A stretch of 64,000 bases of DNA, taken from contig NW_026974140.1 of NCBI RefSeq assembly GCF_037042905.1, forward strand, positions 1,366,001-1,430,000. Direction: 5' to 3'. Source of the DNA: Lytechinus pictus (taxonomy: Eukaryota). Each line of letters opens with the position of its first letter. Position 1 is the first letter of the stretch. The translations under genes and the position numbers were made by a program. The notes beneath the pieces were generated by a model that did not search any database, was not told where the DNA came from, and saw nothing but the letters and a program-made list of their open reading frames with translations. This document shows, piece after piece, positions 13,144 through 25,828 of the stretch.

Positions 13144-16100
13144 CAGTCAGTCCGCAGCCCGTCCGAAAGTGCTCTATTTTATTCAGCGGTATGCATAGCC
13201 GTCCGTGGTTATGCATACGTAATGAGCTGTGAAGACGAACTTTCCGATCGGTGTTTTTTGCTCTTAGAATCGTTTATTCCTCACAAAATTGGTCTTATTT
13301 TATAGATAAAACTTTGAAATTTCTGATCGGCTAAATAAAATGCACATTTAATGTATTTTGAAGGCCGATATTTAGCTTAGAAAATATGATTTTTTTCAAG
13401 AAATATATGTGAATAAACAGAGCGCATTTTTGCACCGAAATCACACTTGCGTCAAATTGATATTATAATCAATATAAAGCGTAGACATTCTTCTTTACGA
13501 CTGAAAAAGAATTATGAAATTTTATGATGTAGCAAAGTCAGGAACCACAAAAAAACCACGGCAATGTCCATCGCAAAATGATTGGAATTGCAGTAGAATT
13601 GCCGACGCGTTCTGATTGGTCAACAGCGGCGCACAGACTTACAACATTTCATATTGCTTAAAAAACCCGGAAGTAGTATGGAAGAGATCGATGGCGAATT
13701 GCGTAAGCGCGATGTTTTGGCGTGTGCATGGACCCTGGTTCGAACCCGCCGGAATGTTTTTTTTTTTTTTTTTTTTTGGGGGGGGGGGGGTGATGGGGAT
13801 ATGTTTATGCTTTTTCTTTAAATCATATTCCTTCATCGTTCCTACCCAGCTTTATTCTCTTTTTACTTTCATGTGAAGTTCTATTTAGGCCTGTATGTAT
13901 TAAATCATGGAGCTATTAATAGCTCTATGATTAATTCTTACTTCTTCTTAATCACTGCTTTTGATTTTCAAGTTCTTGATTACACTTATTTGGGCAGGGG
14001 TGGGAAGGGAAGTGAGTTAAAGGTCAAGTGCACATCAACAAAAAATTATTTGAATAAATACAGAAATTTCCCTTTTTTAACACAAAACAGTTATATACAC
14101 AAAACAATGGTTTGCAATTTATAGAGTTGATTATGTCACTCACATCACATTACTTTTTAAATTTTTGTTGCATTTTTATTATATAAATTTTAGCAAATTT
14201 GATCTAAAAAATCTTCCTCGAATCACAATAGGTTACATTTATGGAAACTACGAATGTTAATGGAGGAATTAAAATCCCTCTCGAAATTTGTTAATGAAAA
14301 TTAAAATAAAATATACATGTCATGTACATGTATCAAACAAAAAAATACACAAGAAATTAGAGTGCGTGTGACATAATCGGTTCTGTAATTTGCACATTGA
14401 CCAAGATGAGCATATAATTGTTTAATAAAATTAGGCAAATTTCTCAATTCTCAATTCTCTGAATTTTGAATCATAGTTTTTATGAAATTTTCTGCAATAC
14501 TTTATTTTTCTTTAAATTCAAATTAATTTTTTGGTGGGGTGGACTTCTCCTTTACTCTTTGCTTGGAATAGGGAATGCACATTAATATTTATCCACGAAC
14601 AAAATTGTCTAAACATATGCAAATCAGTAATTGGACACATGCTCACTTTCCTTTCATCCAGGCCACGCCACGCGCCACTCCCTCACATCCACCAGGTTTA
14701 CAGTCTTATAACAAAAATGATGAATTAATTATAATACCATCACACCATAGCTCCATGATCACACAACATTCATACAGTGCTTCACAACAAATATTTCACT
14801 TCTGTTCATATATGCAATAATTACTGTGGAAAACAAAAACAAGGCGTAATCACATTCAAATACCGTTTAAAAGGACAAATATATTATACCTTTCGAAAAA
14901 AAAAATTGTGAACATACATGGCACTTAACCTTCAGCACATTAGATAACATATAACAGAGTTGCTTGAGAACTAAATATAATTATGGGCATTGCAAGACAC
15001 TTATGTTCAATTGCAAATCAACTACATGTTTGTGTTTAATCAAAGGATTTACCCTTAATTTTGAAATGTGTGATTGAGTAGAAAGTTTCTTGCAATGCAC
15101 TATTAGTAACATTAAAAATGTTCTTTGGTTTTGAATTGTGAATTTTTATTTTTGTCAAGCTGTATTCCTGTCCAAGTCAGTATTCTTAGTCCTCCCCAAA
15201 ACTGTGCTCTAATTTTGTTGTTTCCAATATCGATAAAAATCAATTTTCTGTTGTATCATTATCAGTCCAAAATTTGCGAACGAAAAAAGGGCTTTGTCCA
15301 AATCATGGTCTGACCATTATAGTACATGATGGAATCTCCCAGAATGAAGTAGCAAGCAGAGACCAGAGTCAGCAATTATGCAGATCTGTGTGTAGAAGAG
15401 ACAAAAAAGAGAGAAATAGTCTAAATTACTAAATAATAATTCAAAGTATGAACTATGTTACATGTAAGTCAATTAAGAGACTAACTAAGTACTGTCTGTG
15501 ACAGCCACAATTTTTTTATTTGAACAAAATGGTTTATAAATACTACTGAGTACGGTAGTACCAGACTTTTTAGTTTGACTTTAAACTGTTTATAGTCTCT
15601 AGAGTAGACTGTCTGAGCTAATCATCATTTAATTCTTAACTGCAGCCTGGGGCAACAATCATCATGGGGCTCAACTTCGACTAATTAAGAAAAAAGGTTA
15701 ACAATTTTCAACATAAATCAAGAAATATCTCAAGCTATAAAAACTTGATGGAATTCGGAAACCTGATAATCATTGAATAAAACTTTAGAAGGGATCTACT
15801 TATTAAGCTTCGTTTATATTAAGTCTTAATTATAAAAAAACAAGTCCACCGTCCACAGGCACAGTCACATATAATAATGCGAGCCATCTGCCATCATTAC
15901 ACTACAGAAGTTTCAACGTATGGGACCAAAGGCGAAATTCTACCAACCCGCGACGAACGTAATTTTGGCATTATTTCGCGCCATCGTGGAGTGAACGAGA
16001 AGGTTACTTCCGGGTAAAACGTAAATTTCTCGATTTTTAGGGTATCATTTTCTCTAAAATAAAAATATAAGGTGAGTTTGCGTCAAGTTGGTTCTGACAT

Positions 16101-16502
16101 ATTTTGAACAGTGACTTTTCTTCTTTCTAAAAAACCCCGATCGAAACAATTTGGTTATGTAGCAAAGTCAGGAACCAAAAGTGAAATTCCGACGACAAAA
16201 TCGCAGTTAAAATATTAATAAAATAAGCATCAATTAAAGAGGTAAAAATGGAAGGTTGAAAATGTCGAAGTATGGAAAATTATATACCAAAATGTAGATG
16301 AAGGTCTTGAGAACAACTTACCATAATTCGTTTCGACGTAAACTGAAGTTAGCGACCAGTACAGAGCTATACCTTCAGCCCCTCCAATTCAGTGGGAAAA
16401 TCAAGCCAAATTGATCGCACGTTTTCCTTCGGAGACCGCTAGAGGGCCGCTGAATAAATTTCCGTGAATATGCTCATTATCGCGCGAGCTGCGGTCTGAC
16501 TG
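13144..16502. mobile_element. Non-autonomous DNA transposon 'element A', copy 1 (3.36 kb)
   Basis: 15-bp TIRs cagtcagtccgcagc / gctgcggtctgactg and a 4-bp TSD ccag. It interrupts a Kolobok-like MITE sequence (compare 18140-18210). An inverted second copy lies at 31080-49553. Confidence 0.9.
14021..14551. mobile_element. Kolobok-like MITE embedded in element A
   Basis: ttaa|aggtcaagtgcac...ggtggacttctcct. Same family as 17768-18342, and present in both copies of element A. Confidence 0.6.
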
Positions 16503-16645
16503 CCAGGTTGTGCGTATACTGTAACTGTCTTGTGAAATCTGATCTTTACAACAATGGCAGCATTAAGATTTTTTCTTTCCCTCTTTTTATTCAAGCCGGC
16601 TTTAGTTAGGGTGGACTTCCTTTATACAAAAATCAAATCACTTAC

Positions 16646-16713
16646 CCTGAACATTTCCTGTAATGATCCCATCATCAGACGCTTCTGATATCCTACTGCG
16701 GCAAAATTTTAAG
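16646..16713 (-). CDS. THOC2: THOC2 coding exon 2 (FLKFCRSRISEASDDGIITGNVQ)
   Basis: cccctcctag acceptor and gtaagt donor; 68 nt. Phase 2 to 1 joins exon 1 (TT|C) and exon 3 (G|CT) in frame; FLxxCR motif. Confidence 0.87.
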
Positions 16714-16914
16714 CTAGGAGGGGGAAAAAAACACAAGAAATTGGTAGCAATTAAAAAAACCTGGGAAGTTAACAGAATCTGCAGCACCCCATCCCCCCCA
16801 TAAAATATTCGACCTTAGACCTTACTTCATAATTTGATAAATCAACCCCAAATTTTGTGTTCTTCCTACACCATCAAAATGAGAATGGTAAATTCTGACC
16901 AAGGTATATTTTAA

Positions 16915-17763
16915 CCCTAACTAGGCTAGGCTTCTTTTGCTGCTCTGTGGCCGGGGGGGAGGAGGAGGGGGGGTGGTTGATTCAACCCCCCCTGAGATCT
17001 CGGCTGATAATCGCACAATCATTTTTATTTCATATTAATTACGCTAATTTATGTGTGAAATCATGGTTTTGCTCTAAATCCAAAAATAAGCTCCAAAAAT
17101 TCAATTTTTTGTTTGAATATTCTTTGTAGCATTCCTTTCAATGAACTTGAGAAAAAAAATTGGTTTCAACATCTATTTCTTATGTTTTTCATTGTTTTGT
17201 AATTTTCTTATGTATTTCTTTGTTTTTCTGTATGTTTTATATCTCATTCCCCCCACCTGTTTTCTCACTTATAAATCGTGCTGGGGCTGCCATAGCAATA
17301 TACTTGAACAAAAAATATTGGTATCAACATTTATTTCTTATGTTTTTTATTGTTTTGTTAATTTCTTATGTATTTCTTTGTTTTTCCCAATTTTTTCCTG
17401 TTTTCTCACTAATAAAACATGCTGGGGCTGCCCAATTTGGTACACATGTAATAATGGGCACTTGTTTGGTAAACAATCTGGCATGCAAACATGATCCATA
17501 CACAATTCATCCCATGTTATACTGTATGCCTTTCCATACATGTATTATGATTTCAGTTTTTTGGCGTGCGCACGATCGTAAAATGGCATGCTGCACGACA
17601 ACGGTAGGTCCAATATTTTTTTTGAAAGGTGCGTAAGGTCCGCAAGACTTGGGCTCGAAAGTCATGAAAGGCCGGGGTGAATTCTTTTTCGGTTTTAAAA
17701 TAATCGCGAAAAACCACACGGGGGTTGATTCAAACCCCCCCCCCCCCCCCTGCCATTTTAGGG
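16915..17763. mobile_element. piggyBac-like MITE
   Basis: TTAA|ccctaa ... ttaggg|TTAA, with an internal ~150-bp duplication (17160-17440). Confidence 0.7.
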
Positions 17764-17767
17764 TTAA

Positions 17768-18342
17768 AGGTCAAGTCCACCCAAGAGAAATGTTGATTTG
17801 AATAAATAGAGAAAAATCAAACTAGCATCGGATGTAAAGTAAGAAAATTAAGACATTTTAAAGTTTTGCTTATTTTTCACAAAAAAGTTATATGAACAAC
17901 TCAAATATGACAATCGATGATGTCCCTCACTCACTATTTCTTTTGTTTTTTATTGTTTGAATTATACAATATTTCATTTTTTATAGATTTGACAATAAGG
18001 ACCAACTTGACTGAATCATATAGTATCAAACAATACTCATCCAACATGTTCAGGGAGGAATTAATCGTTGCTTCACTTGACAATGAGGAGAAAAATAGAA
18101 TATTCCCTATTTCATATGATAAAATACGAAAGAAATAGTGAGTGGATGACGTCATCAGTTTCATCATTTGCATATCCACCAGGATGTGCATATAACTGTT
18201 TTGTGAAAATAAGAAAAACTTTAAAATGGCATACAGTAACTTTCTTATTTTACATCCGATTTTGATGAAATTTTCAGTGTTATGCTTTTTGGATTTTTCT
18301 CTTTTTATTCAAATCAACTTTTTGTTGGGGTGGACTTGTCCT
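17768..18342. mobile_element. Kolobok-like MITE
   Basis: TTAA|aggtcaagtccaccc ... gggtggacttgtcct|TTAA with long imperfect inverted arms. Confidence 0.8.
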
Positions 18343-19843
18343 TTAAGAAAGGTTTTTTTTCACTGGTTACTTTCAAAATCTCAGTCAACCAAAATGAGAG
18401 TTTCCATGGTGGTTTATACCATCGCAAAGTTACCATAATCAGAAATCTTTATGCAAAGGTTACAAGCATTTTCCCCCCATAGGGGGGGGGGGCACTCACA
18501 AACATGTATATTTGTGGTACAGGGATGTGCCGCTTTGATGGCCCCCTTTTTTAGACCTAATTTTCAGTTATCCAGATACTCCGAATGATAAATTGCCAAC
18601 TCGTCCACTGCCAACTCGTCCACTAACCACATGGTCTACCTTCATTTAGTCTAATGCCATTCCATCCATCAACATTTCGTCTAAAGCCCATTTGGTCCAA
18701 TCATCACTACGTCTAATCACCAGTTCGTCTATTACCATTTTGTCTAATAACCAGTTGGTCTAATACCCATTTTTCTTTACAATTGCCTCCGCAATCACCA
18801 CGATGTTGTAAAGAAGGTGAATATCATTGTACACAACTTTGGATAATAGTGCATCTATTTTGGTAGGTCTTGCGTGCTCTAAGAGTTTACGATTGCCTCC
18901 GCCATCACCACAATGTTGTAGAGAAGGTGAATATCCTCGGAAACAACTTCAGATTGTAGTGCATCTATTCCTGGACATAATGCGACCTCTATGAGTTTAT
19001 TGCCTCCGCCATCACCACAATATGGTAGAGAAGAGGACTATTATCAAGGCGGTAGTGTCGCGCGCTGCATCATCATTAACTTCTTCTCCTTCCTCCGATT
19101 ATGTCGGAAATAAAAACAAATCATCATCTTCTTCCTCCGCTTTTGTCAGAGATTAAAACAAATTCTGTCATCAGTGTAGCTTGCAGCAATTGTCCAAGTG
19201 CCAGCCACCCACAAATTTTAATGTATTCTTTTGTTTTTTAATATCTGCCGATCCGATCTCCGAACCGATTTTGATTTCAGAAGCAAAACTCCCGAACCGA
19301 ACTCCGATCTCGTTCTTGCTCGATGTCCTTCACCCACTATTTCTTTAGATTTTTATTGTACGACAAATCACGCGGTTTGCGTGCTGTCGCCATGCGTAAG
19401 ACAATGAAATCAAGATGGCGACGTAAACACGGTGGCAAGTTTTTCCCATCTTTTCATAACATTTTTCTCGTTTTTTGAATGAATTCTTGTTTAAAAATGA
19501 AATCAATATCGTAGAAATGTCGGAAATTAAGTTCTATCGCATGTACATGATTTAGGGCTAGATCTTTTAGAAGTAGAAATCTCGGGGGCGAAAGTTTCAG
19601 GTTTTTGGGCAGTGTGTGTAGATGAATGGGAAGCAATTCCTGGCTCCGTTGAGAGTAAGCATACGGTATGTTAGTAAATGATTTTTACTCTCTAGGAGCC
19701 TCCTGGCTAGGCAGAATTGCATAAATTTATTTAAAGCCAAAGGCGTTAAAGAAAATTACAATGTTTCAACTAACCCCGCGTTCCAACTAACCCCAATCTC
19801 CCCTACCGGTATATTCTGCTTGATTATCATTGTCATTGATCTG

Positions 19844-20728
19844 CAGTAGAGGCACACGGCTAGCCAGGAGGCTAGAACTAGAGAGTAAAAATCAGCCAGG
19901 AATTCCTTCCCATTCATCTACACATACCGCCCAAAAACCTGAAACTTTCGCCCCCGAGATTTCTACTTTTCTTCTAAAGATCTAGCCCTAAATCACGTAC
20001 ATGGGATACAACTTCTTTTCCGACATTTCTACGCTATCGATTTTATTTTCAAACAAGAATTCGTTAAGAAAATGAGAAAATATAATGAAAAAAAGGAAGA
20101 GACTTGCCCGATGTTTACGCCGCCATCTTGTTTCCTATCGTTCTTTCCCAACATTACGGATGCATGCGAAAGTTTCAGGTTTTGGGGTGGTACGTGTAGA
20201 TGAATGGGAAGGAATTCCTGGTTTCGTGGAGTAAGCATACGTTAGTAAATGATTTTTACTCTCTAGAAGCCTCCTGGCTACACACGGCCAATATCATGGG
20301 AGACTCTCTCCAAATATTAGAGACAGTTAATCTCCCTTATTGGAGACTTGCTTTACAGAAGAACAAAACTAAAGAAACACCAACAAAAGCGAAATTTTTC
20401 CCACCCAAAATTTTGTCTCACTGACGTCAGAAGCCCATTTGTTTTGTGTGTGATTGACAACAAAAATGACCTTATCAAAACAAAAGTAGACGGTGAATTT
20501 TTAAAGAAGACGGTGAAAGGGGTAATTTTTCATGAGGAATCTCCTTATCACATTTTTATTTGCCGCCAAGGTAATCCTTTTGCAGCAAATGTAAACAAAG
20601 GAAATTGGTTTCCAAACTGGAGACTGTCTCTGAAATTGGATACCCAAATTCTTTACAAAAGTCTCTGATATTGGAGATAATCTCCCACATTAGAGACAGT
20701 CTCCAATATTGGCCGTGCACCTCTACTG
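19844..20728. mobile_element. hAT-like MITE (cagtagagg TIR) interrupted by a second MITE
   Basis: cagtagaggcacacggccaatat (rejoined across the insertion) versus atattggccgtgcacctctactg; gagac-rich subterminal repeats. Confidence 0.7.
19861..20280. mobile_element. hAT-like MITE with TAG termini and 8-bp TSD
   Basis: TIR tagccaggaggct...agagagtaaaaatc and TSD cacacggc on both sides. A partial inverted sibling lies at ~19400-19709. Confidence 0.85.
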
Positions 20729-22348
20729 ATTAGCGCCACCAACGACCTTCTTTTTATTTCCGTGGAAGAGACGTGCGAAGCCACTTTCCAGGCAGAGGTA
20801 AGCGATTCTGCTCTTTTTTGTGTCCTTTTAAATTAAAAAATATGTTAAAAGTTGAAAATGGAACGCTTTATACCACATTACCATGAAAGGGTCTTTCGTA
20901 GAACCATTCTACGTAAGAACGAGATATCGCTCAACTGTTTCACAAAGCCGATTTGGGCGATACGAAGAATGGTCCTTGGAAAGACACCTCCAGACATGTC
21001 CTACGTAGGCATGATCTTCTTTGCACTGCCCGCCACCGTCGGCATTGAGAGAAAATGCGTTTACGGCAAGCCACACTGACATATCACCTTTAAACATTTT
21101 TGGGGATTGCACACTGATGCATTTTATCTGGGATGGCGCCAAGTTATTTTTTTATATGGGGGCTAGTTGTCATCAATTTCAGGTCGTCTTTTTGCACGGC
21201 AAGACGACCAAAAACAGATGTCATTTTAACTTCTCCGGGCATTATGTCCGGGGGTAATGTAGGCTCAAATATTTTTTTCAAGATTTTTTCTTTTATTCTC
21301 TATACTATCCCCACACCATTTCCATTATTTATTTTTTTTTAAATATCGAAATGGGCGGCACTATCTCTCTGACCCCTCATGCTTTCTCATAATAGATAAT
21401 TAGACAACATGAAAACAGATTTCTTTAAAAGAAATTATGTAAGGTAAGAAACGTGTTTATAACATTCAGCAAAAAAAACACGATACAAAACTAAAATGTT
21501 AAACATGGTAAATCATTCGTTTATTTTTATTTCATTTTCATTATAATTATTTTTTTTTGGCTGAGATTAATTTTAATCAACAAAAATTGTCGGATTTGGG
21601 CTAACTTGAGATGTGAAACAGTGAAACAAAACAAAAATCTGCAGTAACAAAATAGCTAATTGGATTTAAGATACAGATTAGGCCTATAGCTTACGAATCC
21701 ATCACAATTATTACAAATGAAGATAAGCTAGTTCATTAAAGAAAATATTATGGAAAGCCCATACGAAAAGGCGCATTCTAATTCGTAGGGTAGGCCCCTT
21801 TCGGCCCCTATGCAATGTTAAAGCAATGTAGTCTCTACTCCTCAACTTTGAAATGTTGAACATAATATATTTTTTATATTCTTAAACCTTATATTCTTAT
21901 ATAAGCTTCCATAAATTAAGTGATCAACTTTAAAGATAACCAACGTTTATGATCATTGTAATTTAGCATTATTTCTGTAAATAGTATTTTTTCCATTGCG
22001 GTTTGCACACCTTTTTCTATATTTTAATTGTTATTGCAAAGCACTACTTTATCCACTTAGACATGTTTGCAGCAATTTTCATATTTTCCTTGTCTTCGGT
22101 CACTCATCATGCAACTGAGGACAAAAAAATATGTTTATACTCTAAACACTCACATTTGTATTTCTTGTGTTATATCTGACAAATAAAATAAATAAAATTT
22201 TTCACAGGCAGCCTCTCATATTTTCCTTTTTAGTCTCATACAATCAGACACTGTTGATTTTGTTTACTCCATTCAAACCCTATTTTTACCTCAACAGATA
22301 ACATATTAACGCATAATTTGCAAAATCATTATATATATGTATTTTATC

Positions 22349-23338
22349 AACAAGTGGAATGCCTCTGGCCGTCTCACCTGCATCACGCGATTCAATATAG
22401 CAGCAGTGCTGATTTTGAAAACTACTATAACTCGCACAAGATGTTCAGTGATACTTGGTTACTCTTATTTCCACGTTTTATGAACTAGACCAATACACTT
22501 ATAGAGATATGATGGCAATTCAACAAATACCCCCAACGTGGCCAAAGTTCTTTGACCTTACATGACCTTTGACCTTGATCATGTGACCTGAAACTCGCAC
22601 AGGATGTTCAGTGATACTTGATTACTATTATGTCCAAGTTTTATGAACTAGACCAACACACTTTCAAATTTATGGCTGTAATTCAACAAATACCCCAATT
22701 TGACCAAAGTTCATTGACCCTAAATGACCTTTGACCTTGATCATGTGACCTGAAACTTGCACAGGATGTTCAGTAATACTTGATTACTATTATGTCCAAG
22801 TTTCATGAATCAGATCCATAAACTTTCAAAGTTATGATGGTAATTCAACAAATACCCCAATTCGGCCAAAGTTCATTGACCCTAAATGACCTTTGACCTT
22901 GGTCATGTGACGTGAAACTCATGCAGGATGTTCAGTGATACTTGATTAACCTTATGTATAAGTTTCATGAACTAGGTCCATATATTTTCTAAGTTATGAT
23001 GACATTTCAAAAACTTAACCTTAGGTTAAGATTTTGATGTTGATTCCCCCAACATGGTCTAAGTTCATTGACCCTAAATGACCTTTGACCTTGGTCATGT
23101 GACATGAAACTCAGGCAGGATGTTCAGTAATACTTGATTAACCTTATGGCCAAGTTTCATGAACTAGGTCCATATACTTTCTAAGTTATGCTGTCATTTC
23201 AAAAACTTAACCTCAGGTTAAGATTTGGTGTTGACGCCGCCGCCGCCGTCGCCGCCGCCGTCGCCGCCGCCGTCGCCGTCGCCGCCGCCGTCGGAAAAAC
23301 GGCGCCTATAGTCTCACTCTGCTATGCAGGTGAGACAA
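22349..23338 (-). mobile_element. HINE/DINE-1-like Helentron-associated element, complete
   Basis: Subterminal IRs gtctcacctgcat / atgcaggtgagac, an adjacent short IR gtctcactctgc, (gcc/gtc)n microsatellite, 162-bp central tandem repeats and A-run flanks. Confidence 0.85.
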
Positions 23339-23459
23339 AAATCAGTATATTGAACTAATAAAATGTCGAAATTACTTAGTTAAATCAATTTTTATGTCGA
23401 ACAAGGGTATCTTTCGTTGAAATATCAATGAAAGGTGTCTCTAAAAGGAGGGAAATAAT

Positions 23460-23685
23460 TGTAGTAGCGATGTATTTCCCTACCCCTCCCCCAATCTATA
23501 ATTGTGACGTCACCGGCCATGCTGCGGCGGATTTGACGTATATGGCTGACTGGCAGAACTTGAACTAGGACAACGCTCCTCAGATGTCATATTTTGCCTG
23601 GTGAGTTTGTCGATCCGACCCCCATATCTATTCATTATTATAATCATCGAGCAGTGGTGTTCATTTACTGACCCCAGCTGCTTTA
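23460..23685 (+). repeat. 5' LTR
   Basis: tgtagtagcg...cagctgcttta, directly repeated at 28726-28951. Confidence 0.93.
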
Positions 23686-25828
23686 TTGGCGTCATGGACA
23701 AACCGTAATTTTTGCAATCATTTTCGGGGACCCACATTGGGTTTTGAGTGCTTCACTGCATCACCGCAAGTAGGCCGGAGACAGGGAGGATTGCGCCGTG
23801 CGGTAGGGATCCGCGCGGGCCGTTCAACCGAGGGCATCCGGACTTGCCGGCATTGGAGACCTCTCGGGTGGTGTATAGAGTAAGTTTTGAAGTTTTTATT
23901 TTTTAATTCTTTTCTTGTGATTGATATTGTTTTGTTTCCAATCTTACAGTTTAGAATCTAGATTTTATTCACCCTTGGTATTTAGTGAAATTTTATTGGG
24001 GATTGCAGCGATTTTAGTGGATTTTGTGGTGATTGTTTTTGTGAATGTGTGATTGTTTTCCGCTTTGGTGATTGGTCGATCCTTTCAATTTAGGAGAGGG
24101 GAGGGGGTGACTATCGTCATCAACTTAAACATTTTGAAATACAATTTCGGAAATTAATATTGGTTTCTGTAATTTTAGGTCTTATTGCGGTGTGACTTGA
24201 ATTTATTCAGGTTAACTTAAACCAATATCGGAATAGGTTCCCAAGATTTTGGGGCTTAGTCTTCACCGCAGACTTTGATCATTTATTAATTGGGATTTAA
24301 GTATCAAATTTGGGTACTATTTGGGGTTTTTAAGGTCTATTATTGGGCTACTTAAATTAATCAAAGTGTGTTTGCGGAGTGATTGAACTAGTGTGTTTGT
24401 ATAGTCTTGGTTTCAGAACTTATTAATCATTATTGCATACAATCTGTCTTCATTTGGATCTGGTTTAACTGGGGAATTATTTATAGAATATTGACATTGC
24501 CTTTTTTTAAAGGAATTATCAGTGTTTCTAGCGTGACTGTGTAGCCTGGCAGTGGTTTGAATTACTTCCGATGGGTAGGGACCCAGAAGTGGTTTAGACT
24601 GGACTGAGGCCAGCAGAGTTGTTGTTGTTTCACTGATTATTTTTCGGTGGCTAAAGTTTTAGGTTGCGTTCCCGTCGGACGGTGTGACCAAGAGCAACCT
24701 ACTGCTGAAGTGGTGAATCTTTGTCGGTATTTTGACTATTGTTCTTTGGAATAATCAGATCTGGGTATAGGTTCTAATTTAAGGTGTTAGTTTTTATTTA
24801 GGCTCAAATATTATTTTGCGGTGTGTTTTATTATAGGTGATTGTGTGTATGCTTGGGTGAAAACTAACTTGACTGAAGTTGCGCGTCGGCTAGTCTTGTG
24901 CAAAGCTGCGCCGTGCAATCGTCACCGTAAATAAAAATAGTTTAATCAGAATTATTACGTTAAACTTACCTAGGCGTTAAGCGACATTTAAATCAACTGG
25001 CAAGCTGAACAAGAAATCAGGCCAGTGTTAGCCTTGATAAAGGCTTGATGGTTTATTAACAATTGTTTTATTGATTGAATTATTACTTTAAGTGTTCAAC
25101 CTACATATTGACATTAATTGAATTAACTGGTAAACCCAACAGTATAATTGGGCCAGTGTTAGCCTTGATTTAGGCTTGGGGATTTATAATTGGAACAATT
25201 ATTAATCCGGTTTACATTCAGATAATTATTGTTTTATCAATCGGGATATTACTTCAATTACTTGTACAAAATGTTTACAGGGCTGAACTAGTTTTTTTTG
25301 GGTATTAATGTTTCACATTACCATTTGCTAGTCTAGGCCCAAGACTTTGGGATTACTTACCGGACATATTTAATTTGCTGATTTATAATTTTGGGGAATT
25401 TAATCAAGAGTTTTTGTATATCAGGGGTGACTCGTTCACGTTTTGAGCCCTCTGTTTACGGCCGGACAACAAGTAATTTATTGTCGGGTATCCGAACCCG
25501 ATTGATTTGCCAAAGTTTGGAATTTTATAGATAGCAAATTAAACCTGCATACTTATTTAATTGTTTTAATAAATGAATGATAATCTTAACCAACAGTTTC
25601 TGATTGAAATACAGGGCAGGTTAAGGATATTAAGGATTCTGTTACGAGCATACCGTGCTGGAGTTCTTAATAGGCAGGAGGTAATTCGAGCATTGGTGTA
25701 CCTTCTACTCCAACAATAGTGGTTACTGTTGATTGATTAATTTTGGGTAAATTCGGTTGACTTTGCAGTGATCACTGTTAATTGATTTTCTTTGGGTAAA
25801 TTCGTTGGGCTTTGCAGTAGCCCACAAC

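Noticed and set aside
17141..17719. Hydrophobic ORFs resembling membrane proteins
   Set aside because: They lie within a T-rich piggyBac-like MITE with an internal duplication.
20852..21342. Cluster of short ORFs in unique-looking sequence
   Set aside because: No recognisable domain or consistent splice structure.
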